From Owenia fusiformis (Eukaryota): a stretch of 64,000 nucleotides of DNA. Both the position numbers and the translations under genes were made by a program. The notes beneath the pieces were generated by a model. That model was given only the letters and a program-made list of their open reading frames with translations, was not told where the DNA came from and ran no database searches. This document shows, one piece after another, positions 52,417 through 64,000 of this stretch (within the stretch, counting starts at the first letter, position 1; every line of letters starts with the position of its first letter). The stretch lies in the NCBI GenBank assembly GCA_903813345.2, contig CAIIXF020000001.1, positions 29,884,001 through 29,948,000 of the forward strand, in the 5' to 3' direction.

Positions 52417-52837
52417 TATTGAACAAATATTTCACTCTATTGAGGTGAATACCTGTACATCTTTCACAAGTGATATTCCACGAAGTGGAATATCACCTTG
52501 TGAAAGTGCTACAGGTATTCACCGAAAATAGAGTGAAATATTTGTTTTATTATATCACTATCTAGCTAAACATCCCTAATATTATTAAGTCATAGGTTAA
52601 CATTGAAATACATTGAATCTACTCGGTTCGTCTGCCATTTTGACTTACACTGAACTAAATTATTTACACTGAACGAAAACAAATTCTTTGAAAATTCCCG
52701 GGAGCGTGGGATATCGCTAGATATCTCACGGTTGTCTTATCTGATTAGCATTGCCATTGAATATCGCCAGATATCCCACGACATGTGACCCGGTTTTGAC
52801 CAATCATACAGTCGCTAGCTAGATAGTGATATAATAA
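52417..52837. mobile_element. Hairpin-ended non-autonomous element
   Basis: A ~130-bp stem-loop at 52417-52547 is followed by the inverted pair TATTATATCACTATCTAGCTA (~52548) / TAGCTAGATAGTGATATAATA (~52817). A related stem-loop lies at ~58586-58750. Confidence 0.65.
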
Positions 52838-53064
52838 TTACTTTTATCTGTTAGCATAATTTAAGTGCCTCATTGCTCTTATATTTTTCACTTAAGTTTC
52901 CAAATAAAGCAAGCTTTGTTGAAAACAAGTATTTATCACATTTCAATTATTTCTGAATTATTGGATTCAAAAAGCATCACATTTTAGAATGCATTTTCTC
53001 TAAATGTTTTTCTGTGCTTTGGACTTACAATGATGTATTTTATTTCTACTTAATAATTAAATAA

Positions 53065-53649
53065 AGGAGTGGTATCGATATGGTGAACTTTTTGAACGCA
53101 TGTTTCTCTTAAACCAGTCATCAAAAAATCTAAAAATTTAACACATCGTCAATTTAATGGTCATCTTTTGAATGGTAACAATATAATTTAAAAACATACG
53201 GGATTGTTCGAATGCGTATTTATTAATATATATGCTTTAAATCATGTATTTTATTTTTTTAAATTATATAATTCAACTGATCTGCTCCGGTTACGTTCCC
53301 AGCTCCGGTTACGTTCCTAAGTAATATTTTTAAAACTTTTTTTTTAATTAAACAAATCAGAGTCGTGTGAATCAGAAATAACAGGATTATTCAATAGCAT
53401 AAGGACTATTCTGTACTTTTTTCAAAAGTCTATACTTAAATGTTGTAAAAAGTTATAATAGAAAAACCATCTTTCGGAGTAAAGTCCGACTGCGCCGATT
53501 TCAATAACTTCGTACTTGATCAGAACTGGGTTCCAACAGAATTCCTACAAACTCATGAATGAAATAGCCATTGCATGGAATACTTACTTTTGTCAAAATC
53601 AAAGAGAAAAACATTGTTGAATTCAGTTCACCATATCGATACATATCCT
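53065..53649. mobile_element. Non-autonomous TIR element, copy 2 (same family as 34339-35087, opposite orientation)
   Basis: AGGAGTGGTATCGATATGGTGAACT...AGTTCACCATATCGATACATATCCT. The first ~125 bp match the reverse complement of ~34960-35087, but the interior differs. Confidence 0.7.
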
Positions 53650-54836
53650 TTGTATTCTAAATAAATTCACAATATTTCGGGAAAAAGAACTGGTCTAGAA
53701 TTGTTTACATTATTTAGTTGGTAGACATTCACTTTACATTCTAGATAAAATATTTTGTGAAGTATGTATAGCCCATTGAATTTAGTTCAAAATGTTCATT
53801 TCCAGGTGTAAACATCGGGTGCAGGAAATTGTTAAGAGATTTTGAAATCTGAATTCTAAGAAAACTGGAAACCTGGTAACAGTTTCTACTACAGTGGACA
53901 TGTATTGAAAGAACTTGTTTATATGTGGCATTACTGAGCAAACCTATACATTGAGTAAAATGTCTGAATTAAGAAGTGGGACTATTCATTCTTCTCTGCT
54001 CGTATTGATGCAATGCAGACAATGGAACAATGCAGAGAAATCCAGGAACAATCTGCCGTCTGAATTTCCCATTTAGCATTTTCACATGGACACTTCTTCA
54101 CAGTGGAAATCAGGAACCTGAGCACATTTCCTTGTAGAAATAACACAACTTCTAAGTGGCATTTTTACAAACTGATCATTTATTCAAAGTATAAAATTAT
54201 TTACTCATCAAATTGTAAAATATCAAACATGCTAAATATTAGTTAATAACTACTGTATATTATATTGCTCACCCATGTTTTCTTTTGTTACTGATATTGA
54301 TGCAAAAGATGATATAATTTAAAATTGCCAGATTTAGGGATAATATACTATTAAATAATATACATCCACATATTCATTTATCCAACAAAAAGGAGTACTT
54401 TTCTTGCTCAAAGACTGTATCCACCCCCCCCCCCCCCCCACCGTCACCTTCACTCTCTTTACCTGGCAATATACACGAGAGAAGGATAAAGGGGGGAGTA
54501 CAGGGTCTTTTAAGCAAGACTAAGGAGTACCAGGTAATATACTAAATGCCTCTATCCAACTAGACATGGCCTGGATTTATTTTTGCATGTTTTTACTGTA
54601 CTTTGAAAAATTGATGATGCATTTTGGGACAACATTAAAATATGAACTGGTCCCTCATGTCCCTTCTCACATGATGCTTACGTTTTCAAAAACTGCATAT
54701 TTTGGATGAAATAACCAAATATTCCCAAAATATTACTTTTTTGTAATTGTCTTTGTATCCCTTTTAATATTGTATAATCATGGGCCAGATAAACATTGCT
54801 ACTTTAGCAACTGGAACACTTTCTAATATTAATATA

Positions 54837-55028
54837 CTGGGTGGTAAAAAATGGAAACCTTGCACTTTTCTCATATCTTTGTCATTTTAAGAAATTACTC
54901 CCTGATATTTGAAACATTTGTACATTATTCAATTTCCTACAACCCTACAATATTTCATGACCATAAGACTGAGATATGAAAAGATATGAAGAGAATAACA
55001 CAAGGGATTCCAATTTTTGACCACCCTG
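54837..55028. mobile_element. Small Tc1/mariner-type MITE
   Basis: TA|CTGGGTGGTAAAAAATGGAAACC...GGATTCCAATTTTTGACCACCCTG|TA; the TIRs are imperfect. Confidence 0.6.
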
Positions 55029-56053
55029 TATAGAAACCAGTATATGATAATACAATAATGTAAATCAATACACACTGCAGTAATTATATATAAGATTTTA
55101 CTGGCTATTTATGAGTACCTACCATTCCTATAATCTCTATTAGTAAAACCTGGGACTAGAATATTTTTAAAAAGATGGCTAGTATGTAGGTCACATCAAG
55201 ATCTGCTAATTTTCTCTAATGAAATATAATAATTAAATACCAATTAATTATAATATGCGTCTTTAGAAAGCCCATGGTAATAATGTATGAATGTGATTTA
55301 TGTACCTGTAAATATTTCATTAGATATGATGCATAGATGGAAATATAAAATTGATTAAATATTGACACAATCTTCATCTACATGTATTTGTTCATACTAA
55401 TAAACATAATAGTAGTAATAATCCTAAAGTTGAAGCAAACTCAGGTCATTTTATGAAGCATCTCTTGGAAATATAAAATTGATTAAATATTGACACAATC
55501 TTCATCTATTTGTTCATACTGATCCTTTATGAAAAGGTGATTATGGCTTAGAACTTGCATGACTTCTTTTGGTCTATACATATTTAGCATCACTACTTTT
55601 CGTTTGAATTCAACTACAGTGCTGTATGCTAAAAAGCATAGTTTGCACACTTCATGATTTATCCCACTTATCATTAAATTATATATAAAAAATGATATAA
55701 TGCACATATACATGATTATGGAATCAATACATATTTCAGATATTTATGATAATAGAATTGCACATGATTAGTAGGCCTAGTTTATATAAGAGCAAATTAG
55801 TTTTGCATCAGATGCCATGTTACACCACTGAGATCAACAGGGAAAGGTAATGAGAGTTTGATGTAAGATTATCTGTCCCACCACTACATGCAGTGTCTGA
55901 GATCAATGGGGGAGAGTAACAGGAGCTTGATGCAAAACTAAGAGTTAATACATGCCATTAATACTCATTCATAAAAAATCATCATTTAGATGGTTTCCAA
56001 AATTTAGCGAAAAAAGATCACCCAGATTACCATTTAAGTAATACAGTTTGAGT

Positions 56054-57839
56054 TTAATTACATATATCAGTTTTTTCACTGAGCGTAGATTCTGTGTTTT
56101 TAGATTCAATACTAGATTTATTGAGATTCTCTACCATTATGCTATCCCCTGCAGGAACATTTTTATTAACTGTCTCAAAATCAGCATGACTAGAGTCTTC
56201 TAAATTGTTCCTATTATTTTCATCTTCTATTGTGTCATGATCACCTCCATTCACTATTTTGGCACATTCATCATTAGCTGTTTCATCACTGTGTATAGTT
56301 CTATCTGGTTCAGAGTGCCTTACAATGTCATCGTTATCATTCTTGTCTATTGTCTGTTCAACCTCATCTACTGGCTCATCTAAGTCATCTTTGGACTTAA
56401 CAAAAGCATTCAAGCTGTCTGGCCACAAGACTGCATCTCGTTCATCAATAGGTGTCAGCACTGACACTGAGTCTCGGGCTTCAGTCATTGCTTCTTCTAG
56501 TAAGAGTTTAACTTGGGCTGAATTTGCCTTGTCCAATGCACTTTCTCCCCTCTGAAAAAACAATGGGTTAAATATTTATTTCAAACCTGAATGGGAATTT
56601 GATTTTCTAGTTATCTAAAATGCAAAATTGTTCTTGTGGTTATGCTTTTATATAAAAGTATTAACTGATCAATTGAACAGAGTGGCTTTATCTTTATTTA
56701 TAAATTAAATGAACAACATGTTTGATGTATCCTTCTTTTAAATAAATGACCATTTGTAAAAACTCTGGTAAAAAGGAAACAATAAAAATAATGTTTCACC
56801 TCTCCAAGAGTGTTAGGATTAGCCCCAGCTGCTAATAAGATTTCAACACACTTGGGATGACCCCTATTAGCTGCCCAATGTAAAGCTGTCCATTTACGCT
56901 GAAAATAAGAAAAGATTAAGATCAATATAATATTTTGGATTAAAAAGTTCATTAAAGCACTATAATCAACAAGCAGAATTCTTTCATGCTATTATGTCTT
57001 TAATCCTGACACTATCTCATTATTGTATCCTAAAGCCACTGGACAAATAGAGTCATTCTTTTGTCCCTTGTTTGCTCAACTATTTGTATATTGCATGTAG
57101 TATGTATCCTTGGCCCAAGAGTAATTCATTGCATTACATGATCTGCTATGAAAGTGAAGGACCGATCTTGAAGGATTTGTATTATGCATCATAGTGTATT
57201 CTATAAGACGGTTCTCAATGTGAGGCGTTTCTTGTTTGGTTTGTAGCACAATCAACCTTGAGAATCTTTTATACTAATATGTTTAACATTATTTAATAAT
57301 GAAGGCCAGGGTTGACACATGTTTGGTGAAGGTCAACCTAGTACTACGTACACAATGTAGACTTGTAAATATTTTGCTATCATATACATGATCAATTAAC
57401 GTTCAATCAAACTTGAAGCTACAGTAAAACCTTCTTACAAGAAATGCCCTCAGGACTAGCCAAAATAGTTCCTCGTAGATGTGTGTTCCATACAGTAAGG
57501 GTCCATGTTTTGGGCCAACCCCCAAAACCAGTTTGCCGAATAAGTATTTGATAATTGTAGATGATGAATTACTAATGTGATAGTAGAGCAATGTTTCTTA
57601 GAGCCTATACTTCAGTTTTGTCAGTCCCATTTTGTAGCATTTACAATATGCAAGTTTGGATTTCATTAGATCTCATTGACTGAATATGTGGAACTGATCC
57701 AATCATAAAATCACAAATAGCATAAGTGAATGTCACTTACTGTTCCTTGAGCATATATATCACAGTCCTCTTCAAGCAGGGACTTTATTACACCTGGGTG
57801 ACCATGGTAGGCTGCAAACATCAGAGGTGTAAACTCACC
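56054..57839 (-). CDS. Ankyrin-repeat protein, 3' part (5' exons not found in the window)
   Basis: Two 99-nt phase-0 exons each encode one ankyrin repeat: 57839-57741 (GEFTPLMFAAYHGHPGVIKSLLEEDCDIYAQGT, not in the ORF track) and 56898-56800 (RKWTALHWAANRGHPKCVEILLAAGANPNTLGE). The terminal exon 56551-56054 starts RGESALDKA and continues as an acidic low-complexity tail. Confidence 0.85.
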
Positions 57840-58146
57840 CTAAAAGGAAAGAGTCCAGAGGGTGAATCAGTTATTTCACAAATTAAGGTAGTTCCGTATA
57901 TTCAGAAATTGAAATGGCTTCTTAATTGAGACTCATGTCATTTTCAGGTACACATAACTCCACACCAGGCCAGAATGAGGTATATTTGCTGAATGAGTTC
58001 TTCTTTGAGACCAGAATGTATACGCATAAGCCATGTTTTCGAGTGTAATTAGCATAGAATCCAAAGCGTAACACTTTTCTTGTTCCAAAATTTTATTTCA
58101 CTGCAATGTTTAGTTGGACTCCAAATAAATTTATCAAGAGATTGAA

Positions 58147-58385
58147 AAAAATTGGTCAATTTGAAGCAAGTTGAAAAAATACCTTTTTGACCCTGAGAAG
58201 GTCATTGAAGGTCAAATCTCAAATCTAAAGTCAGATTTGAACTTCTGATAACTTGTAGATGATTCGAAAAAAAAATTGGTAAATTTGAAGCAAGTTGAAA
58301 AGACCTTTTTGACCCTGAAAAGGTCATTAAAGGTCAAATCTTAAATATAAAGTCAGATTTGAACTTCTTGAAACATGTAGATGAT
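58147..58385 (+). repeat. Two-copy ~120-bp tandem repeat, probably the internal array of a decayed Helentron-like element
   Basis: AAAATTGGT.AATTTGAAGCAAGTTGAAAA...CCTTTTTGACCCTGA.AAGGTCATT.AAGGTCAAATCT.AAAT.TAAAGTCAGATTTGAACTTCT occurs twice. A related inverted fragment lies near 30857-30935. Confidence 0.7.
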
Positions 58386-58874
58386 TTTGAAAAAAATAGT
58401 ATTTGTTAAGTTATTGGAAGTTGTAAGAATTTGTTACAGACACCGATCGCCATCTGCCGTCAAAAAAAATGAAGACCATAAAAAGTTATGTTTAAGTCCA
58501 AGCTATGATGATGGAGACAGTTTATCTAGATATAAACACAACCCCTTGGAAAATTCCTGGGGATACTTCTTGTTCATCATATTATACAAATATCTCATTC
58601 TATTGAGGTGAATACCTGTTCATCTTTCAATGATTCTAGCAATGTGTATTCACCGAAGCCCCGAGGACCAGGAGAAAACACCGAGGAAAACACCTTGCGG
58701 ATTCACTGAAAGTGCAACAGGTATTCACCAAAAATAGTATGAAATATTTGAATACACCTGTTGAATAGACCTTTTTTCTGATGTCACAGGCATGGCCATT
58801 GAATATGTCTTACTTTTATGTCACATGTAATGTGTAGACCAATGAGAGAGTGGGGAATATGACAGTAACATAAT

Positions 58875-59440
58875 AATTGGTTTTATCCCATACTTGGACG
58901 TGTTACAGGTACATAAAGCCAGTTTGTAAAAACTTATATTTTCATCAGCGGGCAGATATAGCTTTACGTCCCGCTCCGAGCGGGCAGATATAGTATATCT
59001 GCCTGCTACGTCATAATCACCGCTTGCATATTTGTTCATAATTTGTAACGTTCGCGTTATGACTGTAAACGACAATGGAGAAAACACAGATAATCGGGAT
59101 TTGTTTGATGGTTTAAAAAAGGGAAGGAGCATCCACGTAATCAATCAAAAATTCGAGAAAATAAATGTGGGAATATTTGAGAGAACAGGAAAATCCACCC
59201 ACGGACCACCCACCCAAAACTGGACATATTCTAAAATATTTCAACGATTGAACAAATGATGTGAACCAGATGACCAAGATTGGTATGGGATAAACATATT
59301 ATCCTATAGTCGGTTCAGGATATTGGGATTATCCCTTGGCTAATATAATATATTTTCCCTCGGGACCTGCGGCCCTTGGGCAAATTTATTATATTAGCCT
59401 CGGGATAATCCCAATATCCTGAACCTCATATAGGATAATC
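58875..59440. mobile_element. Hairpin-ended non-autonomous element
   Basis: The inverted pair TTTATCCCATAC (~58882) / GTATGGGATAAA (~59283) is followed by a ~140-bp stem-loop at ~59298-59439. AGCGGGCAGATATAG is repeated directly in the interior. Confidence 0.65.
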
Positions 59441-60211
59441 TCTATATATCCTTAATTGATTTTTTTAGAAACCAGCATTTTTTTGTCAACTCTATCAATA
59501 TGAAAATATAACTATACAAAGATACACATGTATGTTGTAGATAATTGGAAAAAAACTAATACAATCAGTCATATCTACGGGCATATGCTTAATATTGGAC
59601 TTGTCTGAAACATTTTACAAATGTGAGGTAATTATATATCCAAAAAACAAAGGAGCCTTTTTAAATCCTAAAGGGAAAAAGGAATTTGTGTTTTTCATCA
59701 ATATTTCCAAACACATTTCAATGTTTAGAGAGAGACTTATTATTTGCAATTATTAAGAAAATAAAATATTTTTTATAAACATTCATTCAGTCCTTCTCCC
59801 GAAGGGGGAGGAGGTACTGGTCAACTTTTTGAACATGAAATATCCACCCACATAAAGATATTTTTTATCTAAAAATGGACCCATTTCAATGTGAGGTAAT
59901 TTTTTAAAAACAAGACCCACTACCAGCAATTTTTTCTAAGAACAATACTGAGTTTTAGGATTTTCAAAAAGTAGACCCAGTTCTAGGGATTTTTTCACCA
60001 AAATTGAACACTTATCTAGATTTTTTTCTTCCAAATGGGAGCCATATCTAATTTTTTTTTGTGAAAAAGTGACCCACTTTAGCAGCACGTCCCCATATAG
60101 CCAATAGATGTTAGTGCTTTCTTTCTAATATGGGATTTCAACTAAACCTTATTTAAATTAAATCTTATTTCCAAGTCTGTTGATTGTTGAAGTTACATAT
60201 CATTATGAATT

Positions 60212-60446
60212 CATGGGTGTCACAAGGGGGGGGGGGGTGTTTTGGGTGCGATCACAACCCCCCCCCCCTTTTTTTTAGGCAATCCCCAGGGATTTCATTC
60301 ATGTTGCTGAGGGGAAGGAGACTCAGAGGAAAAAACCGTGTAAATCTGGCAAAAGAGTTGGAGAAGCTAGCAGATGTTGATGGAGAGATTCTGTTTTATT
60401 TAGATGTCCACACCCCTCCCTTGGAAAAATCCTTGGGACACCCCTG
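60212..60446. mobile_element. Possible short hAT-like MITE
   Basis: CATGGGTGTCACAAGG / CCTTGGGACACCCCTG match at 14 of 16 bp when inverted, with G and C runs inside. No TSD was recognised. Confidence 0.4.
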
Positions 60447-61864
60447 CGATTCAGGTATATTCATGAAATCTGTGCAAAACTGAAATGTTCACCGTGTTTG
60501 GAATTAGTTATGTGTACCAGAAAATAATTTAGGACTCCAATTACAAAGCCATATAAATTTCTGAGCATATGGAACTACCTTAATAATTCACACTTCTATA
60601 AAATAATGATCATTCCTCATGGGAAATATTGAGAGTAAATGATCTCCTTCATTATTTATCAGTTGCTATCATAATCTGTAGTAATCTGGGTAGATTTTCC
60701 ATGTAAAAATGGCCATGTACAACCATAGAAACTACCCAGAAATCTGTCTCATACTCAGTACTCATAAAGGTCTTGCAAAATCCTTGTTGTCTTCCATATG
60801 ACATGAACACTTATAGTTCAACGTCGTTAAACTCAATAACGGCGTTCTTTATTATTAGGAATTTTCTTGGGGCCATTATTGAGTTTAACCTCCATGCTAT
60901 TCTTTCCTTTGATGCAAGTTGTGGATCTATCGAAACCACTTTTCCTCGCTAATATGACACTGATACTTAACAATAATATAAAACCACATTTCATCAGGCG
61001 ATTTCACATAATATTATTGTGTTAAATGTTCATTTTTAATCGTAAAATGAGTCTTATTCTTACCAATTTATGAGACGAATATTTCAACCGGCAATGTCTG
61101 TCTGTGCGTCGCCAAAGTAAACTTGGTCAGCGAAACGAAATTGTTCTTCAATATTGATATTTATTATAACCATCCAGTATGACACGAATCTTTGCTTTAT
61201 TCAAACAGCGCGTGTATTCACCCAAGTTTACTCTATTATAAAAACTTTAAAAAGCAATACTCGCAACATTATTGATGCATTTGATTACTGGTAATTTCAG
61301 CTCAAAGAAATATAGATGTCATTGATTGTGCTAGATTGTGATTGTGTTGAATAATTGTGCCTAAATATTAAATTATGGTAATTGTTCATGGTTTTCTGCT
61401 TGCAAAAACGTACCTAGGAATACACTCAATTGTTTATAACTGGGATCATGTATTTTACTCAGCATACATGCTTTGTAACAATTGTTACATTTTAATAACT
61501 TCAATGTGGTGATGTATTGTGATAAGATTACATGTACAGTGATCTCCCCATGTCACTTTTATCGGGGGCTCCCCCTACTTGAAACCAAAGGCCCCCCAGT
61601 TGGCATCTGCACTTCAACTTCTGATTTAAAGAATGAGTGAAGTAAGCACCTACACTGAGATATTGTGAGCGTAGCGAGTGCTGATTTTTTTAGACTTGAA
61701 ATCTTGCACCCAGTTGAAATTTTTTTTTGGGGAGAACACTGATGTATAAGCATGGTTGTTTTATTCCTAGCTCTTAAATGTATGATGTTCTTAATAAAAT
61801 TAAACAGAAGTTTTGTTTATGCTATTTTATAAAACATATTTTTCTACAATGATATTTCATTTAC

Positions 61865-62713
61865 CACCCTATGCAGACAGAGCCTGTGGGAAATATTGGG
61901 TGCGGCGCAAATGAGCGGAGGGTGCGGAGCTAACGGTCATTTTTGAATTTAAAATTGGGATATTTCTGAAACTAAGCCGTTTTGGGACTTCAAATATACC
62001 AAGATATGTGTATTTGACACCAAATATCAATAAAATTGTGAAAATAGTAGTGCAATTCATTTTATAGCGACGCAGTATGCCTTAAACATTTCCCAGACCT
62101 ATATATTTTGAGACTATCCTTTTAATACTGCGTCCCCAGCATTCATAAAAAATGGTGTTCAAGATACACTACCCATGCAAATTATTTTTGCATCTTGGAA
62201 GCCAGGCAGTATCTGTGTGATTTTATAAAAATTCGGAAATGTTCTTCAGATATGAGCCCCTCTAAATATTGGGTGCGGAGCTACGTTTATGGAGCTGCTC
62301 CGCACCCAATATTTAGAGGGGCTCATATCTGAAGAACATTTCCGAATTTTTATAAAATCACACAGATACTGCCTGGGTTCCAAGATGCAAAAATAATTTG
62401 TATAGATAGTGCACCTTGAACACCATTTTTTATGAATGCTGGGGACTCAGTATTAAAAGGATAATTTCAAAATATATAGGTCTGGGAAAGGTTTAAGGCA
62501 CATTGCGTCGCTATAGAATGAATTGCGCTACTATTTTCACAATTGTATTGATATTTGGTGTCAAATACACATATCTTGGTATATTTGAAGTCCCAAAACG
62601 GCTTAGTTTCAGAAATATCCCAAATTTAAATTCAAAAATAACCGTTAGCTCCGCACCCTCCGCTCATTTGCTCCGCACCCAATATTTCCCACAGGCTCTG
62701 TCTGCATAGGGTG
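61865..62713. mobile_element. 849-bp foldback MITE with CAC termini and 5-bp TSD (Transib/RAG-like)
   Basis: CACCCTATGCAGACAGAGCC...GGCTCTGTCTGCATAGGGTG with ~420-bp arms and a ~10-bp loop near 62285-62292. TTTAC is directly repeated at 61860-61864 and 62714-62718. Confidence 0.85.
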
Positions 62714-64000
62714 TTTACTCAATGAGAGAAAAGTTAAACACATGTGTTTTATCACGATATTGGAGCAAGTAAATGTACTTTTAACCTATACTTCACACCT
62801 GATTTATCTCGATACCTCCAAATCTGATTTTTTCAAATCAACACTTTTCAGCTTTTTTTGATCTCATTACTCTCATGTTAAAAAACCTTACTTGATCGTC
62901 ATTAAACATTCAGTCAAAATGATGTCATACTATCTAGTATTTGAAATGTACATGTAAAAGTACATCAAGAAATATTGCTTCAAATATTGTTGATCAATTT
63001 TGAAAAAATTTTGTTTTGGAAAATGTAAATGCTACTACGGGGAGATTCAACATATAAAGTCACAAAAAGTGAAATATGTTTTCTTGTATTGGACAGATAA
63101 TATTTTCTTTTACATTATTTTAATTTGCATAATTATGTCATGCTATGTGACCTGAATGAGCCACCTGGTGGTGAAACTGGTAACTACCTACTCGCATCTG
63201 AGTTATTACAATGGGAAATCACTGACTTTCTGGGAGAGAAAACTTTGGCACAATATATATTTAAACATGTTAAGAAAAATATCTAATTATTCAGTATCAC
63301 ATGCTTGCGTCTGTCCAAAGATGTTGAAAGCTTTAGCATTTTAGCCAGAAATTTACCATAATTCTGAAAATAAAACAGGAAAAAAAGTAGGAAACTTAAT
63401 CATGTTTATCGCAAGCATCCTACAGTATTACAATATTTTGTACTTATATATAGGATAACCGGGGTTCGTATCGTTTTATGAACTTGTTTCGTTCAGTGTT
63501 GCTAACGGCGGTTTATTCCTGAAAGGATTTGCCATTTCGATGTTACCGGAACCAGAACAGAGTTTTCTAAACTAAGAAAAAGCCTTCTCCCAACATTTTC
63601 ATAATTATACATCGATGAGGTTACAGGGGGGTATGTGATGATTTGTATTTATTCATAAGGTATGTATGCATGCGTTGATCACATTATTTCTGTAACGATA
63701 CCATCTAATTACGGTTTAATTAGTTCCGCATGTCGAAACCTGCTGAACGATTAAATGATCGCATCAAGGGCAAAATCATCATGGAAGTTAGACCTAGCCG
63801 GGGCCATAAGACATGTCAGATAAGAAACGAGGCCCAGGCTAGGTCTAATGTTGTTGGACTAGAACACTTAGAGAAAAGAAATCATAAAAAACTGAATTAG
63901 CTGATTTCTGACAATTTCTACAAGACATAGGCTCTTAGAAAATAGCAACACTGAAAATGATTAAAATTAATGAATTTAAGCGAAGAAACTAACCTCAAAC

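Noticed and set aside
55339-55520. 42-bp direct repeat and ORF 55483-55713 as an extra exon of the ankyrin gene
   Set aside because: It lies downstream of the stop at 56054 and has no motif; a local duplication in the 3' UTR or flank is the simpler explanation.
61869-62709. Near-identical ORFs on opposite strands (61869-62060 - and 62503-62709 +), and likewise the pairs at 43535/43587, 49650/49988 and 40692/42701
   Set aside because: They are mirror translations of transposon inverted repeats, not duplicated genes.

Overview
AT-rich animal genomic DNA with GT-AG introns, probably an invertebrate (lophotrochozoan-like is a guess). Four spliced genes can be built by hand. (1) A + strand dve/Compass (SATB-family) homeobox gene, 2297-27622, with a CMP/ULD domain and two K50 homeodomains. 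It is followed by a second, phase-compatible set of 3' exons (31182-32902) encoding a vertebrate-SATB-like CUTL domain and one Dve-type homeodomain. (2) ABT1/ESF2 on the - strand. (3) N6AMT1/HEMK2 on the + strand. (4) The 3' end of a - strand ankyrin-repeat gene. Introns and intergenic DNA hold many non-autonomous DNA transposons (Tc1/mariner/pogo-like, Kolobok-like, hAT/P-like, Helentron-like, hairpin-ended). The two main findings are a locus that may make either a Dve-type or a SATB-type protein from duplicated alternative 3' modules, and two CAC-terminated elements with 5-bp target duplications (Transib/RAG-like). One of these keeps the 5' ends of two convergent spliced transcription units. 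All calls are by eye; no database searches were run.
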